Both the position numbers and the translations under genes were made by a program. A DNA stretch of 64,000 bases from Clostridia bacterium (GTDB taxonomy: Bacteria > Bacillota > Clostridia > Christensenellales > Borkfalkiaceae), in the NCBI GenBank assembly GCA_017887095.1, contig JAGHIT010000048.1, positions 9,253-73,252 on the forward strand. The letters run 5' to 3'. Shown piece by piece: positions 1 through 9,387 of the stretch; position 1 is the stretch's first letter; the number at the start of each line of letters is the position of its first letter. A model generated the notes under the pieces. It ran no database searches. It saw only the letters and a program-made list of their open reading frames with translations, and was not told the origin of the DNA.

Positions 1-5
1 CATCC

Positions 6-470
6 TTATAATCTATTCTCCTGTTCTATCCATGCGAGAAATGCCTCGCAGCCCTCATTGACGTCATTGTATGTCGCGTCAAAGTTTCCGGTATACCACG
101 GATCCGCGATCGCACGAGAGTGCGATGTATAATCCAAAAGCAACGAGATCTTAGCTTCATACGCTGCACCAAGAATACGTCTCATGTGTCGCAGATTTTC
201 TTCATCCATTCCGATAATGAAATCGTACAACTCTCCGTCGGCGCGTGTCAAAAGACGCGCACGATGTTGCACAATCGGTATATTCTGTTCCTGCAGTTTT
301 CTGCATGTCCCATAATGCGGGGGGCTTCCCAACTCGTCCGAATGCGTCGCCGCAGAAGAAATATGAAATCTCTCCGCCAGTCCGCGCCTTCGCACCATAT
401 CGCTAAACACACTCTCTGCCATCGTCGAGCGGCATATATTGCCGTGGCAAACGAAAAGCACACCGATCAT
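6..470 (-). CDS. Low-molecular-weight protein-tyrosine phosphatase
   Basis: MIGVLFVCHGNICRS is the CX5R(S/T) P-loop, and IADPWY supplies the Asp acid loop. I moved the start to the ATG at 470, which is preceded by GGGAG; the ORF-track start at 497 has no RBS. Confidence 0.9.
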   Translation of the reverse strand: MIGVLFVCHGNICRSTMAESVFSDMVRRRGLAERFHISSAATHSDELGSPPHYGTCRKLQEQNIPIVQHRARLLTRADGELYDFIIGMDEENLRHMRRILGAAYEAKISLLLDYTSHSRAIADPWYTGNFDATYNDVNEGCEAFLAWIEQENRL

Positions 471-513
471 CGAAATACTCCCTGTAGATTTTGTCATTCA
501 AGCAAGAAATAAG

Positions 514-542
514 TTGCAAATTGCTCCAAAAGACGATATAAT
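514..542 (+). promoter_or_regulatory. Sigma-A-type promoter TTGCAA-17-TATAAT for the XRE gene (predicted leaderless)
   Basis: The hexamers lie at 514..519 and 537..542 with 17-nt spacing. The ATG at 549 is 7 nt after the -10 element. Confidence 0.6.
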
Positions 543-548
543 ACAGAC

Positions 549-752
549 ATGAAGATTTTTTCCGAACGACTCATCCATCTCAGAAAAGAACGCGGACTGT
601 CGCAAGCGACAGTCGCAAAAGACCTCAATGTCAGCCTTGGCATTATTTGCTATTGGGAAACAAATAAAAGTGATCCTACGGCAAGTAATATTGCAAAAAT
701 TGCACGTTACTTCAACGTTTCATCCGATTATCTTCTCGGACTTAACGACTGA
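549..752 (+). CDS. XRE-family helix-turn-helix transcriptional regulator (67 aa)
   Basis: RKERGLSQATVAKDLNVSLGIICYWETNKSDP...IAKIARYFNVSSDYLLG is a typical HTH_3/XRE fold. Confidence 0.9.
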   Translation: MKIFSERLIHLRKERGLSQATVAKDLNVSLGIICYWETNKSDPTASNIAKIARYFNVSSDYLLGLND

Positions 753-795
753 AGCTTGTCCGAAAATCATTCATCATTGATATTGTTTTCACTAC

Positions 796-819
796 GGGCG
801 CCGTTCGGGCGTCCTTTTT
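796..819 (+). terminator. Intrinsic terminator after the XRE gene
   Basis: The hairpin is GGGCGCC-gttcg-GGCGTCC (one G-U pair), followed by TTTTT. Confidence 0.65.
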
Positions 820-832
820 GCTTTACAAAGAA

Positions 833-1615
833 TCACTCTTCTTGCGCGAGCGCAAGAAGGCGTTCCTCCGCGGCAGCCGCGCCCGTTACATCGCCAATAC
901 TCCTGCAATACGCAGATCTTATCCTGAGCAATTCCGCAAACACCGAGCTGTCCTCACGGACAACAGGTACTTCATAAAGCAATTCACGCGGAATACATGC
1001 ATAATCCCCATCTTTGGCAAAGATCTGCGCCTGCATAATATGAACAGCGACCTCTGTCTCCCCTGTCTTTCCGATCAACTCTTTCAACACAAGTCCGTCC
1101 GTCCTGCCCGCGGCAAGATCAGCAGGAAGCAGTTCCATGATCGCTTCAGCAAAACACCAGACCGAAAAAAGCGTAAAAAAAGTGAGCGCGGGATGCATTG
1201 GCAAAACAAAAAACAGCACAAGCATAACTGCACCGAATACAATACCGAAAGCAGCTCCTCCTACCGCCGCCGCAAACAGTTTCGCGTGCGCGCCCTGCGG
1301 TTTTTTAAGCGAAAACTGCGTCTCTCCCGCTGCACGCCTGCTCCCAAAACGCACACCTCCCTCGCCAAAACTTACCCAACCGAAGGCAACCCTGCGAAGT
1401 TTGAGCCCCGCAAGCAAGCCAATCAGCAAATGCCCGCTTTCATGGACAAGACTGTCCAGGCGTAAAAGCATACAGCATGCAGCCAGAAGCAAAACCACAA
1501 TATACACTGTGAAGTCATCCGCTCTGTCAAATTCAAACAATAGCAGAGCCACCCATCCTGCGCACACAAGCAAGGTAAGAAGTACACAGAAAAGATGATA
1601 AACGTTCCTCTTCAC
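833..1615 (-). CDS. Polytopic membrane protein with HExxH motif (M50/site-2-protease-like, tentative)
   Basis: Several hydrophobic segments are present. HESGH lies at the edge of a membrane segment, and the C-terminal ~90 aa are soluble. Confidence 0.6.
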   Translation of the reverse strand: MKRNVYHLFCVLLTLLVCAGWVALLLFEFDRADDFTVYIVVLLLAACCMLLRLDSLVHESGHLLIGLLAGLKLRRVAFGWVSFGEGGVRFGSRRAAGETQFSLKKPQGAHAKLFAAAVGGAAFGIVFGAVMLVLFFVLPMHPALTFFTLFSVWCFAEAIMELLPADLAAGRTDGLVLKELIGKTGETEVAVHIMQAQIFAKDGDYACIPRELLYEVPVVREDSSVFAELLRIRSAYCRSIGDVTGAAAAEERLLALAQEE

Positions 1616-2466
1616 GCCAGCCCCCTTGCTACGAGATAACCCTCTAAATTGTCGCCGTCTGAAAATTTTACCTCTTTTAAGCCGAAAGCATGCACGATCT
1701 CGCTTAGCAGCACCGCCCCGCCCGCTATGACGTCAGCGCGCCGCACATCCATACCGGGGATCGATTTACGTTCCTCCACGGAGAGTATAAGAAGGTACGA
1801 GGCAACTTCATCCAAATATTCCGCAGAGAGCGAAAGTCCGTTAAGTTTGGCGGCATCGTACTCTGCAAGACCGAGATTTATGCTCGCCAAAGTAGACGCA
1901 GTCCCGCCGATCGCATACATTGTATCCGGACAATTAACTCCCGCAAGCGCTCTGATCTCCTCCTGCACGACCGCGCGCAATCTGTCCGCATTCTGCCCGC
2001 AACGATCAAACAGCCGCACGACGCCAATATTCAGGCTGGCAGAAAAGGAAATCTCCCCATGCGTGCGGATACAAACCTCCGTGCTCGCTCCGCCGATATC
2101 GATCGTGCCGCCGTCCTCCGCTCCAAGTGCGCCATACATACCGAGACGCGCCTCCTCCTCGCCGGCAATGACGTCCACTTCAATGTCACAAACCTCTTTG
2201 ACGCGTGCGCAAAAAGCGCAGCCGTTCTTCGCAGAGCGTACGGCAGCCGTCGCAAAGGCGAGCACAATCGCGCCCTCATGCCTGCCCTCCGCCGCAAGTT
2301 CGGCAATCGCCGCAACGGTCCGCGCAGACGCCTCTTCGCAGATTACCCCGCTTGCGGCAAGCCCCTGTGCAAGACGCGTGGTAATTACCTTTTTATACAA
2401 AGTACCGTTCGCCCAAAGCATCAGGCGAACGGAATTGGATCCTATATCGATTACCGCGTATTTCAT
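1612..2466 (-). CDS. Ppx/GppA-family phosphatase (exopolyphosphatase-like)
   Basis: The N-terminal AVIDIGSNSVRL motif, the DIGGAST-like second phosphate loop (TIDIGGASTE) and the ~284 aa length fit the family. Confidence 0.85.
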   Translation of the reverse strand: MKYAVIDIGSNSVRLMLWANGTLYKKVITTRLAQGLAASGVICEEASARTVAAIAELAAEGRHEGAIVLAFATAAVRSAKNGCAFCARVKEVCDIEVDVIAGEEEARLGMYGALGAEDGGTIDIGGASTEVCIRTHGEISFSASLNIGVVRLFDRCGQNADRLRAVVQEEIRALAGVNCPDTMYAIGGTASTLASINLGLAEYDAAKLNGLSLSAEYLDEVASYLLILSVEERKSIPGMDVRRADVIAGGAVLLSEIVHAFGLKEVKFSDGDNLEGYLVARGLA

Positions 2467-2471
2467 TTTTG

Positions 2472-2750
2472 TTACGGCGCCTTCCAGCCGTTTTCCATTG
2501 CGAGACTGCGCAGCGTCTCCTCAAGCTGCAGAAGTTCAAGACTGTTTTCGCCCGACTCGATCATCTCGTTGTATTGCTCAATGAGCGCATCATATTCCGC
2601 CCTTTTTTGATTGACGATACCAATCTGAACAAACTGGACAATGAGAATGGCGACGAGAAAAACAATCAAAAGGACACCCGCGACGGTTGCACCCGTCACG
2701 ATCTTTCTGACTTTTTCCTCCGTAAGCCGCGAGCCTCTCTTTTCCGACAT
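2472..2750 (-). CDS. divIC: Septum formation initiator (DivIC/FtsB-like)
   Basis: This 92-aa protein has a single TM segment followed by a coiled-coil. It sits directly downstream of yabP-yabQ, as in Bacillus and Clostridium. Confidence 0.75.
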   Translation of the reverse strand: MSEKRGSRLTEEKVRKIVTGATVAGVLLIVFLVAILIVQFVQIGIVNQKRAEYDALIEQYNEMIESGENSLELLQLEETLRSLAMENGWKAP

Positions 2751-3079
2751 ATTTTTTTATCCTTTTGTATCGGTTTTATTCTATTATAAATCTTTTTTGC
2801 GAGAAATGCAACGATTTTATGCAAACTTTTTAAGTAGAGCACAAATCCGACAATACATGCAGCAAAAGCATACATTCGAAGATCGGGAAATTCACACAAA
2901 ACGCTCACGGTCAGATATAATACTGCAAAAAGGCAGCAAAACAGCATGTCCGTTATATAGCGGATCCATAGAGATGAAAAAGGCAGACGAACAAGAGAAA
3001 TCGTATCATAAAGCAGCCCTCCCGCTACACCGCAGACAGCAGAGACGAGAAAAACATAAAGTTGATCAACCTCGCTCAT
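2696..3079 (-). CDS. yabQ: Spore cortex biosynthesis protein YabQ
   Basis: A small multi-TM protein with a basic C-terminal tail. It lies between yabP and divIC and overlaps the yabP stop. Confidence 0.75.
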   Translation of the reverse strand: MSEVDQLYVFLVSAVCGVAGGLLYDTISLVRLPFSSLWIRYITDMLFCCLFAVLYLTVSVLCEFPDLRMYAFAACIVGFVLYLKSLHKIVAFLAKKIYNRIKPIQKDKKICRKREARGLRRKKSERS

Positions 3080-3336
3080 TTGAACAGACGTTTGACGCTT
3101 GAACCCTGCTGTGAAGAATATTTCACCGCATCGACCTGACCGCTTGCCGCAAAACTGCCGCTTCCCTCCGAGAATGCCAACACCTTGAGTTTGCTTCCGT
3201 CAATGCGCACCTTCTGTCCGTTGACCGTCAAAGAAATACTGTGTTCGGAGAAAGCGTCCACCCGTTCCACTCCCGTCAAGGTCAGTTTGCTTTGATTTTC
3301 GAGCGTAAGGATACTTTGTCTGACTTCATTCTGCAT
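3076..3336 (-). CDS. yabP: Sporulation protein YabP
   Basis: LTLENQSKLTLTGVERVDAFSEHSISLTVNGQKVRIDGSKLKV matches the YabP family pattern, and the 86-aa length fits. Confidence 0.85.
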   Translation of the reverse strand: MQNEVRQSILTLENQSKLTLTGVERVDAFSEHSISLTVNGQKVRIDGSKLKVLAFSEGSGSFAASGQVDAVKYSSQQGSSVKRLFK

Positions 3337-3361
3337 GTTTTATTCTATGCCGAATCAAGAG

Positions 3362-3389
3362 AAAAAATCCCGCAATATGCGGGATTTTT
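3362..3389. terminator. Hairpin terminator downstream of typA (bidirectional shape)
   Basis: The sequence is AAAAAATCCCGCA-ata-TGCGGGATTTTT. Confidence 0.7.
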
Positions 3390-3407
3390 GGCAGGTCTTT
3401 TGGATTG

Positions 3408-5234
3408 TCATTGCAATTTTGCCTTAGCGCGCGCCTTGGCTCGAAGCTCGGAATCGAGAATGCGCTTGCGGATACGCACATTTAGAGGCGTGATCTCAAG
3501 CAGTTCATCGTCTCCGATAAACTCGAGCGCCTCCTCGAGACTGAGCTTCTTTGGCGGAATGAGTCGCAGCGCATCATCCGAAGAGGAGGAACGCGTATTC
3601 GTCAGATGCTTGGTCTTGCAGACGTTGACGTTGATATCCTCGTCTTTAGGCGAAAAACCGACGACCATACCTTCATATACGGGAGTTCCCGGAGTGATGA
3701 ACAGCGTACCTCTCCCCTGCGCATTGAACAAACCGTATGTGACTGCTTCACCCGTCTCAAACGCAACGAGTGACCCCGTATCGCGGCGGTTGATCTCACC
3801 CTTGTAGGGCTGATACTCAAAGAACACCGAACTCATAACGCCCTCGCCTTTCGTGTCCGTAAGAAATTCGCTCTTATAGCCGAAAAGACCGCGCGCCGGG
3901 ACAAGAAATTCAAGGCGCATTCTTGACCCCATGGCATTCATATGCAGAAGTTCACCCTTCCTCTCGCCCATGCTCTGAAACACAGGTCCGGTCATATCCT
4001 CCGGTACGTCAACGATCAGACGCTCGATCGGCTCATACCGTACGCCGTCAATCTCTTTATAAAGCACCTTGGGAGAACTGACCTGGAACTCATATCCCTC
4101 GCGGCGCATCGTCTCAATCAGAATGGAAAGATGCATCTCTCCCCTGCCGCTGACACGAAATGCGTCCGCAGAGTCGGTATCTTCGACGCGCAGAGACACA
4201 TCGCGCAAAAGTTCGCGATACAGCCTGTCGCGCAGATGTCGGGTTGTGACAAACTTTCCCTCTTTTCCCGCAAAAGGCGAGTCATTGACGGAAAAAATCA
4301 TTTCCACCGTAGGATCGGAGATCTTGACAAAGGCGACCGGCTCGACGCAATCAGACGCGCAGACAGTATCGCCAATATTGATCTTCTCCAACCCCGAGAA
4401 ACAAACAATGTCACCCGCTGATGCGCTCTCACAGGGAACGCGGTTGAGACCTTCGATCTCATAGAGATTGACGATTTTGCCGCGAACGGAAACTTCAGGA
4501 TGATTATAATTGCAGGCAATCACATCTGCGCCCGGTTTCGCTACACCGCGCTCCACTCTGCCGATACCGATTCTCCCGACATACTCATTGTAATCAATGG
4601 ATGAAACAAGTATTTGCAGAGACCCCGTCTCATCCATATCCAGGGGCGGGAACTGCGTAAGAATGGTATCGAACAACGGAGTTAAATCTGTACCCGCATG
4701 GTTTTCGTCTAATGACGCCGTACCGTCCCTGCCGGAACAGAACACGAACGGACTTTCAAGCTGGTCATCCGAGGCATCCAGATCCATCAACAGCTCCAAC
4801 ACCTCGTCGATGACTTCCTTGATGCGCGCGTCGGGACGGTCGATCTTGTTGACGACAATGATGAGCTTCAAGCCCATCTCCAGCGCCTTCTGCGTGACGA
4901 AGCGCGTCTGCGGCATGGGACCTTCGGCGGCGTCCACAAGGATGAGCACGCCGGATACCATCTTCAAAACGCGCTCGACCTCGCCCGAGAAATCGGCGTG
5001 ACCGGGCGTATCAATGATGTTGATCTTAACGCCCTTGTAATGAATGGACGTATTTTTAGCAAGAATGGTGATCCCGCGCTCACGTTCAAGAGCACCTGAA
5101 TCCATGACGCGCTCCTCGACGACCTGGTTTTCGCGGAAGGTGCCCGCCTGTTTGAGCATCTGATCGACCAACGTCGTCTTGCCGTGGTCGACGTGGGCGA
5201 TGATCGCAATGTTCCTTAAATCTTCTCTGACCAT
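3408..5234 (-). CDS. typA: Translational GTPase TypA/BipA
   Basis: IAIIAHVDHGKTTL, DTPGHADF and NKID are the GTPase motifs, and the length matches EF-G-like domain architecture. The start is the ATG at 5234 (MVREDLRN); the ORF-track N-terminal extension lacks protein-like character. Confidence 0.95.
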   Translation of the reverse strand: MVREDLRNIAIIAHVDHGKTTLVDQMLKQAGTFRENQVVEERVMDSGALERERGITILAKNTSIHYKGVKINIIDTPGHADFSGEVERVLKMVSGVLILVDAAEGPMPQTRFVTQKALEMGLKLIIVVNKIDRPDARIKEVIDEVLELLMDLDASDDQLESPFVFCSGRDGTASLDENHAGTDLTPLFDTILTQFPPLDMDETGSLQILVSSIDYNEYVGRIGIGRVERGVAKPGADVIACNYNHPEVSVRGKIVNLYEIEGLNRVPCESASAGDIVCFSGLEKINIGDTVCASDCVEPVAFVKISDPTVEMIFSVNDSPFAGKEGKFVTTRHLRDRLYRELLRDVSLRVEDTDSADAFRVSGRGEMHLSILIETMRREGYEFQVSSPKVLYKEIDGVRYEPIERLIVDVPEDMTGPVFQSMGERKGELLHMNAMGSRMRLEFLVPARGLFGYKSEFLTDTKGEGVMSSVFFEYQPYKGEINRRDTGSLVAFETGEAVTYGLFNAQGRGTLFITPGTPVYEGMVVGFSPKDEDINVNVCKTKHLTNTRSSSSDDALRLIPPKKLSLEEALEFIGDDELLEITPLNVRIRKRILDSELRAKARAKAKLQ

Positions 5235-5304
5235 ATAAACCTCTTTTCCGAAGTGGTATTGTAATACTTTTTGCGCCTTTGCGCAAGAAAAAACGGGGCG
5301 ACAC

Positions 5305-5334
5305 GCAAAAAAATTTGCCCGAACGGGCAAATTT
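5305..5334 (-). terminator. Intrinsic terminator after thyA-folA
   Basis: The stem is AAATTTGCCC-gaac-GGGCAAATTT, and the minus strand reads a T-run after it. Confidence 0.75.
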
Positions 5335-5343
5335 CCTCATGTT

Positions 5344-5841
5344 TTATCCCGAAATCGGGGCATGATTGCGATAGGTGCAAAAACGAATGATGTGCCCGTT
5401 GTCCTCTAACGGCTCGCTCTGCGCAACCAATTCATAACGCGCGTCGGCATCCAGATCCGGCACAAAGACATCCGCCCCACCATCCTCTTCCACCTTGGTG
5501 ACGAGGATCTCGCTGCAATAAGGAAAGAGCAGCGCATATACGCTTGCCCCGCCGATAACAAACACATCGTCTGCCGGATATTTTTTCACTTCCGCAAGCA
5601 ATTCCTGCAAATTGTGAACGGTGATGACATCCTCGGCAACGTCGTCGGGACAGAGCACGATATTGGTACGGTTTTTGAGCGGTCTTCCGTTCGGAAAGGA
5701 CAGCAACGTGTTCAACCCCATGACAACGACCTTTCCCATGGTCGTCTCACGGAAAAATTTCATGTCGGCAGGCAGGGAAAACATCAGGTCGTTGCGTTTT
5801 CCGATGCCCCACTTTTCATCTGCATGCAGGATCGCTTTCAT
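5344..5841 (-). CDS. folA: Dihydrofolate reductase
   Basis: The N-terminus carries WGIGKRNDLMFSLPADMKFFRETT. The gene overlaps the thyA stop by 4 nt (ATGA). Confidence 0.92.
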   Translation of the reverse strand: MKAILHADEKWGIGKRNDLMFSLPADMKFFRETTMGKVVVMGLNTLLSFPNGRPLKNRTNIVLCPDDVAEDVITVHNLQELLAEVKKYPADDVFVIGGASVYALLFPYCSEILVTKVEEDGGADVFVPDLDADARYELVAQSEPLEDNGHIIRFCTYRNHAPISG

Positions 5842-6668
5842 ATCGCCACCGGGATCTTCGCCGTAAGAGGCGTATATTCATAGTTCTCCAGGCGGAAGCT
5901 GTCCACCGTGAAGTCATAAAAATTGGTGATACCGGTATCGACGATGAGTCTGGGCGCCGGTTTGGGCTGATTTTCAATAATCTCCCGTACGATAGGCAGG
6001 TGTCTGTCGTAAAGGTGCGCATCCGCAATGACGTGAACCAACTCGCCCGCCTTGAACCCGCTGACCTGTGCAATCATGATGAGCAGGACGGCATATTGCA
6101 CGACATTCCAGTTGTTCGCCGTGAGCATATCGTTGGAGCGCTGATTCAGAATGGCGTTCAATGTATCTCCGGAGACGTTGAACGTCATTGAATAGGCGCA
6201 GGGATAGAGGTGCATTTCATGCAGGTCTTCAAAGTTATAAAGGTTAGTCATGATACGGCGAGAAGCGGGATTATGCTTCAGGTCATAGAGTACCCGATCT
6301 ACCTGATCGAACTCACCTTCGTTATAGATCGACTTCTTGGCGAGCTGGTAGCCGTACGCCTTGCCGATCGAGCCCGTCTCATCCGCCCAACTGTCCCAGA
6401 TATGGGAATGAAGATCATGGACGTTGTTGCTCTTCTTCTGCCAGATCCATAAAATTTCATCCACACAGGAGCGGAAAGCGCAGCGGCGGATGGTCTGAAT
6501 GGGGAACTCCTCCTGCAGGTTATAGCGATTGACGATACCGAACTTTTTAACGGTATGCGCCGGCGTGCCGTCCTCCCAACGCGGGCGCACCTGCGCATCC
6601 GTATCCCAGACGCCGTATTTCATGATCTCTTTGCAGTTGGAAATAAAAATATCGTCCGCTCTGCTCAT
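5838..6668 (-). CDS. thyA: Thymidylate synthase
   Basis: 276 aa with the conserved PCAYSMTFNV active-site Cys region and RSNDMLTANNWNV. Confidence 0.95.
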   Translation of the reverse strand: MSRADDIFISNCKEIMKYGVWDTDAQVRPRWEDGTPAHTVKKFGIVNRYNLQEEFPIQTIRRCAFRSCVDEILWIWQKKSNNVHDLHSHIWDSWADETGSIGKAYGYQLAKKSIYNEGEFDQVDRVLYDLKHNPASRRIMTNLYNFEDLHEMHLYPCAYSMTFNVSGDTLNAILNQRSNDMLTANNWNVVQYAVLLIMIAQVSGFKAGELVHVIADAHLYDRHLPIVREIIENQPKPAPRLIVDTGITNFYDFTVDSFRLENYEYTPLTAKIPVAI

Positions 6669-6698
6669 TTTTTTCTCCTTTTTCCGTCTGTCCGCCGA

Positions 6699-8333
6699 CT
6701 ACACGCGCGCTTCAGAAAGCCTCTCTCTTGCGCGATCTTCACCAAGAATCTGCATGATCGTCCACAAGTCAGGCGAATTAGCCCTGCCCGTAACGGCAAT
6801 TCGCAGCACCTCGGCCACGTCCGAAACGCTGCCTTTGTACGCTTCGGGGTTTGCCTTGTAGTCACGCATCTCGGCGGCATAACCAAGATTTGCTGCGATC
6901 TCTTTAACCTTTGCAAACCATGCCTGCGCGTCGTCCGCGTAGTCGTATTTGGCAAGGAAGGCGTCAAGAATAGCGTTTCTCGTGCCATCGTCCACGCGGT
7001 ATGCGTCTTTCTGCACGCGGTCGCCGAAGAAATAGCCGATCTCCGCAACTGCCTGCTTTGCTGTAACAAAGTCCTTCCTGCGCTTCTTGCCCGACGTCCC
7101 CATGCACAAATTGAGGACTTTGAGCAAGTATTCCTCGTCTGCAAAATATGCCTGCTCCTGCTCCGAGCCGAAAGAGAACGACCAATCCTTCAAAAAGGCA
7201 AACATTTCCTCCGCAGAGAGTCGGGAAAGCTCCGTCTTGGAGATGTCGTTTAATTTATCCAGATCAAACAGCGCGCCGCTGCGGCTCATCTTTTCAATGC
7301 GGAATTTAAATTCTTCAAGCGGCTTTTCGGGATACTTCATGTGCCACTCTTCAAAGTCGGAATTGAGCAGCGTCAGCATGTATACCTTGACCGCAAAGGG
7401 ATGATAGCCCTCCTGACGGTAGAAGGAAAGTGAAAGCTCCGGATCCTTGCGTTTGGAGAGCTTGCGTTTGCTCTCGCCGTCCATCTTCATAAGTGAGCAA
7501 TTGTGCCCGTACTTGGGGCGCGCAAAGCCGAGAACGTCAAACAACTCAAGGTGAATGGGAAGCGACGCAAGCCACTCCTCGCCGCGGATGACCAATGTCG
7601 TGCGCATCAGGTGATCGTCCACCGCGTGCGCAAAATGATAGGTCGGAATGCCGTCCGATTTTAAGATGACAACGTCCTGATCATTTTCCGTGACGGTGAC
7701 GTCCCCTTTGATCTCGTCATGGAAGGTAAACTTGCGGGAAGAATCCCCCATCGATCTTAAGCGAATGACAAAAGGCTTACCCGCATCGAGATTCTGATAA
7801 ATCTCTTCCTCGGAGAGATTCCGGCACCTTGCATATTTTCCGTAATAGCCTGTGATCTCCTTGTTGGCGGTCTGCTCGTCACGCAGAGCAGACAACTCCT
7901 CTTCCGTACAAAAACACGGATATGCCCTGCCGCGGCGGATAAGATCCTTGACATATGCACGGTATATTTCAGCGCGCTGGCGCTGATACCAGGGAGCGTA
8001 GGTGTCATCCCCGCCGATCTCCGCCCCTTCGTCAAAGCGGATATTAAAATAGTCAAGCGAGGCGATGACCGCCTCCACGGCGCCGTCCACCTTGCGCTTT
8101 AGGTCGGTGTCCTCAATGCGCAGATAGAGTTTGCCGCCGCTCTGATGCGCAATGCGCTCGTTGGCGATGGCGACAAACAGATTTCCAAGATGAATAAAAC
8201 CCGTCGGCGACGGCGCAAGACGGGTAACCTGTGCGCCTTTAGGCAAATCCCTGGACGGGTAACGCGTCTCGAAAGACGCAAGATCCGGGTAATCACCCGG
8301 CAAAAGCCGCTCTGCAAGATGTTCGTAATCCAT
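6699..8333 (-). CDS. gltX: Glutamate--tRNA ligase
   Basis: RLAPSPTGFIHLGN is the HIGH motif region and KLSKRK is the KMSKS equivalent. The start is the ATG at 8333, preceded by AAGGAGAGGA. Confidence 0.93.
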   Translation of the reverse strand: MDYEHLAERLLPGDYPDLASFETRYPSRDLPKGAQVTRLAPSPTGFIHLGNLFVAIANERIAHQSGGKLYLRIEDTDLKRKVDGAVEAVIASLDYFNIRFDEGAEIGGDDTYAPWYQRQRAEIYRAYVKDLIRRGRAYPCFCTEEELSALRDEQTANKEITGYYGKYARCRNLSEEEIYQNLDAGKPFVIRLRSMGDSSRKFTFHDEIKGDVTVTENDQDVVILKSDGIPTYHFAHAVDDHLMRTTLVIRGEEWLASLPIHLELFDVLGFARPKYGHNCSLMKMDGESKRKLSKRKDPELSLSFYRQEGYHPFAVKVYMLTLLNSDFEEWHMKYPEKPLEEFKFRIEKMSRSGALFDLDKLNDISKTELSRLSAEEMFAFLKDWSFSFGSEQEQAYFADEEYLLKVLNLCMGTSGKKRRKDFVTAKQAVAEIGYFFGDRVQKDAYRVDDGTRNAILDAFLAKYDYADDAQAWFAKVKEIAANLGYAAEMRDYKANPEAYKGSVSDVAEVLRIAVTGRANSPDLWTIMQILGEDRARERLSEARV

Positions 8334-8409
8334 GATTCGTTCCTCTCCTTTTTTCCGACACATTTCCCGATCGGCACAAAGACGTCGCTTTATCCGCACA
8401 AACTATGTG

Positions 8410-9381
8410 TCACCCTGCGATCTCAATCAATTTCAAAGTATCGGGTGCAATTTCCGCCAATCCGTTTTCGACATCGTGAACAAGCGCAACCGCTGACGTC
8501 ATCACGGGAAGTTCGACCCCTTTTTCCTTTCCCGCCCGGATTGCGGCACCGGCGACATAATCCACATCGCAGCGTTTTCCCGCCTCAATATCGCGCAGCA
8601 TTCCGGAACGCGTCTCACGATAATCATTCATTGCAACGGGAAGTAAGGCCCCTGCAAACAAACCATCGAAAACCTTCAGCAGGTCATAACCGTTTTGCGG
8701 AAGTTTTTCACATCCATACGCGCGAGCGACCGCAAATACCTCGCGCATGAGCGTAAGAACAAGCTTCTTCTGCTTTTTTGCAAGTTGATAAAATGTGAGT
8801 CCAGAGACAGCGGATAAAGTGGAAAAAGCAGCGTTGATGGAAAGTTTGGCAAAACGCAGTTCCATCAGGTTTCCGACCGTAAGCACGCCCGCATGTGCAA
8901 AAAGAAGTGAGATCTCCTCCAATCGGCTTCCTTTGCCATATGCCCCCAGTCCGAGATGAAAACCCGTCTCGCTGGTCACGCGCACAATACCGGGGGATAC
9001 TGTTTCCGCACTCCAAGAAAGCGTGCAACCATAGATGCGGTCACGATCGAAAAATTTTGCAAGCTCTATCTCCGGCAAACCGTTTTGAACCGTGACAATA
9101 CAGCCGTCTTCTTTCAAAAATGGTTTGATAAACGAAGCGGCAGCATGCGTCTCCCGCTGTTTGACCGCAAAAATGATCAAGTCATACTGCCCTTCCATCT
9201 GCGAAGGAAGCTTTGCCCGAACTTTAACGCAACGGGTCACCTCACCTTCAATCGTTGCACCGTCACGATTCATGGCTTCTACATGCGCCGCATCGTGCGT
9301 AACAAAATCCAAAGACATTTCGTCCAATAAAATACCGAGAGAGGTCCCCATCGCTCCGGCACCGTAAATACAAATTCTCAT
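8410..9381 (-). CDS. 2-dehydropantoate 2-reductase family protein (ApbA/PanE-like)
   Basis: The N-terminal IYGAGAMGTSLG is a Rossmann motif. The C-terminal SGMLRDIEAGKRCDVDYVAG resembles the PanE signature. Confidence 0.8.
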   Translation of the reverse strand: MRICIYGAGAMGTSLGILLDEMSLDFVTHDAAHVEAMNRDGATIEGEVTRCVKVRAKLPSQMEGQYDLIIFAVKQRETHAAASFIKPFLKEDGCIVTVQNGLPEIELAKFFDRDRIYGCTLSWSAETVSPGIVRVTSETGFHLGLGAYGKGSRLEEISLLFAHAGVLTVGNLMELRFAKLSINAAFSTLSAVSGLTFYQLAKKQKKLVLTLMREVFAVARAYGCEKLPQNGYDLLKVFDGLFAGALLPVAMNDYRETRSGMLRDIEAGKRCDVDYVAGAAIRAGKEKGVELPVMTSAVALVHDVENGLAEIAPDTLKLIEIAG

Positions 9382-9387
9382 ACTCGA

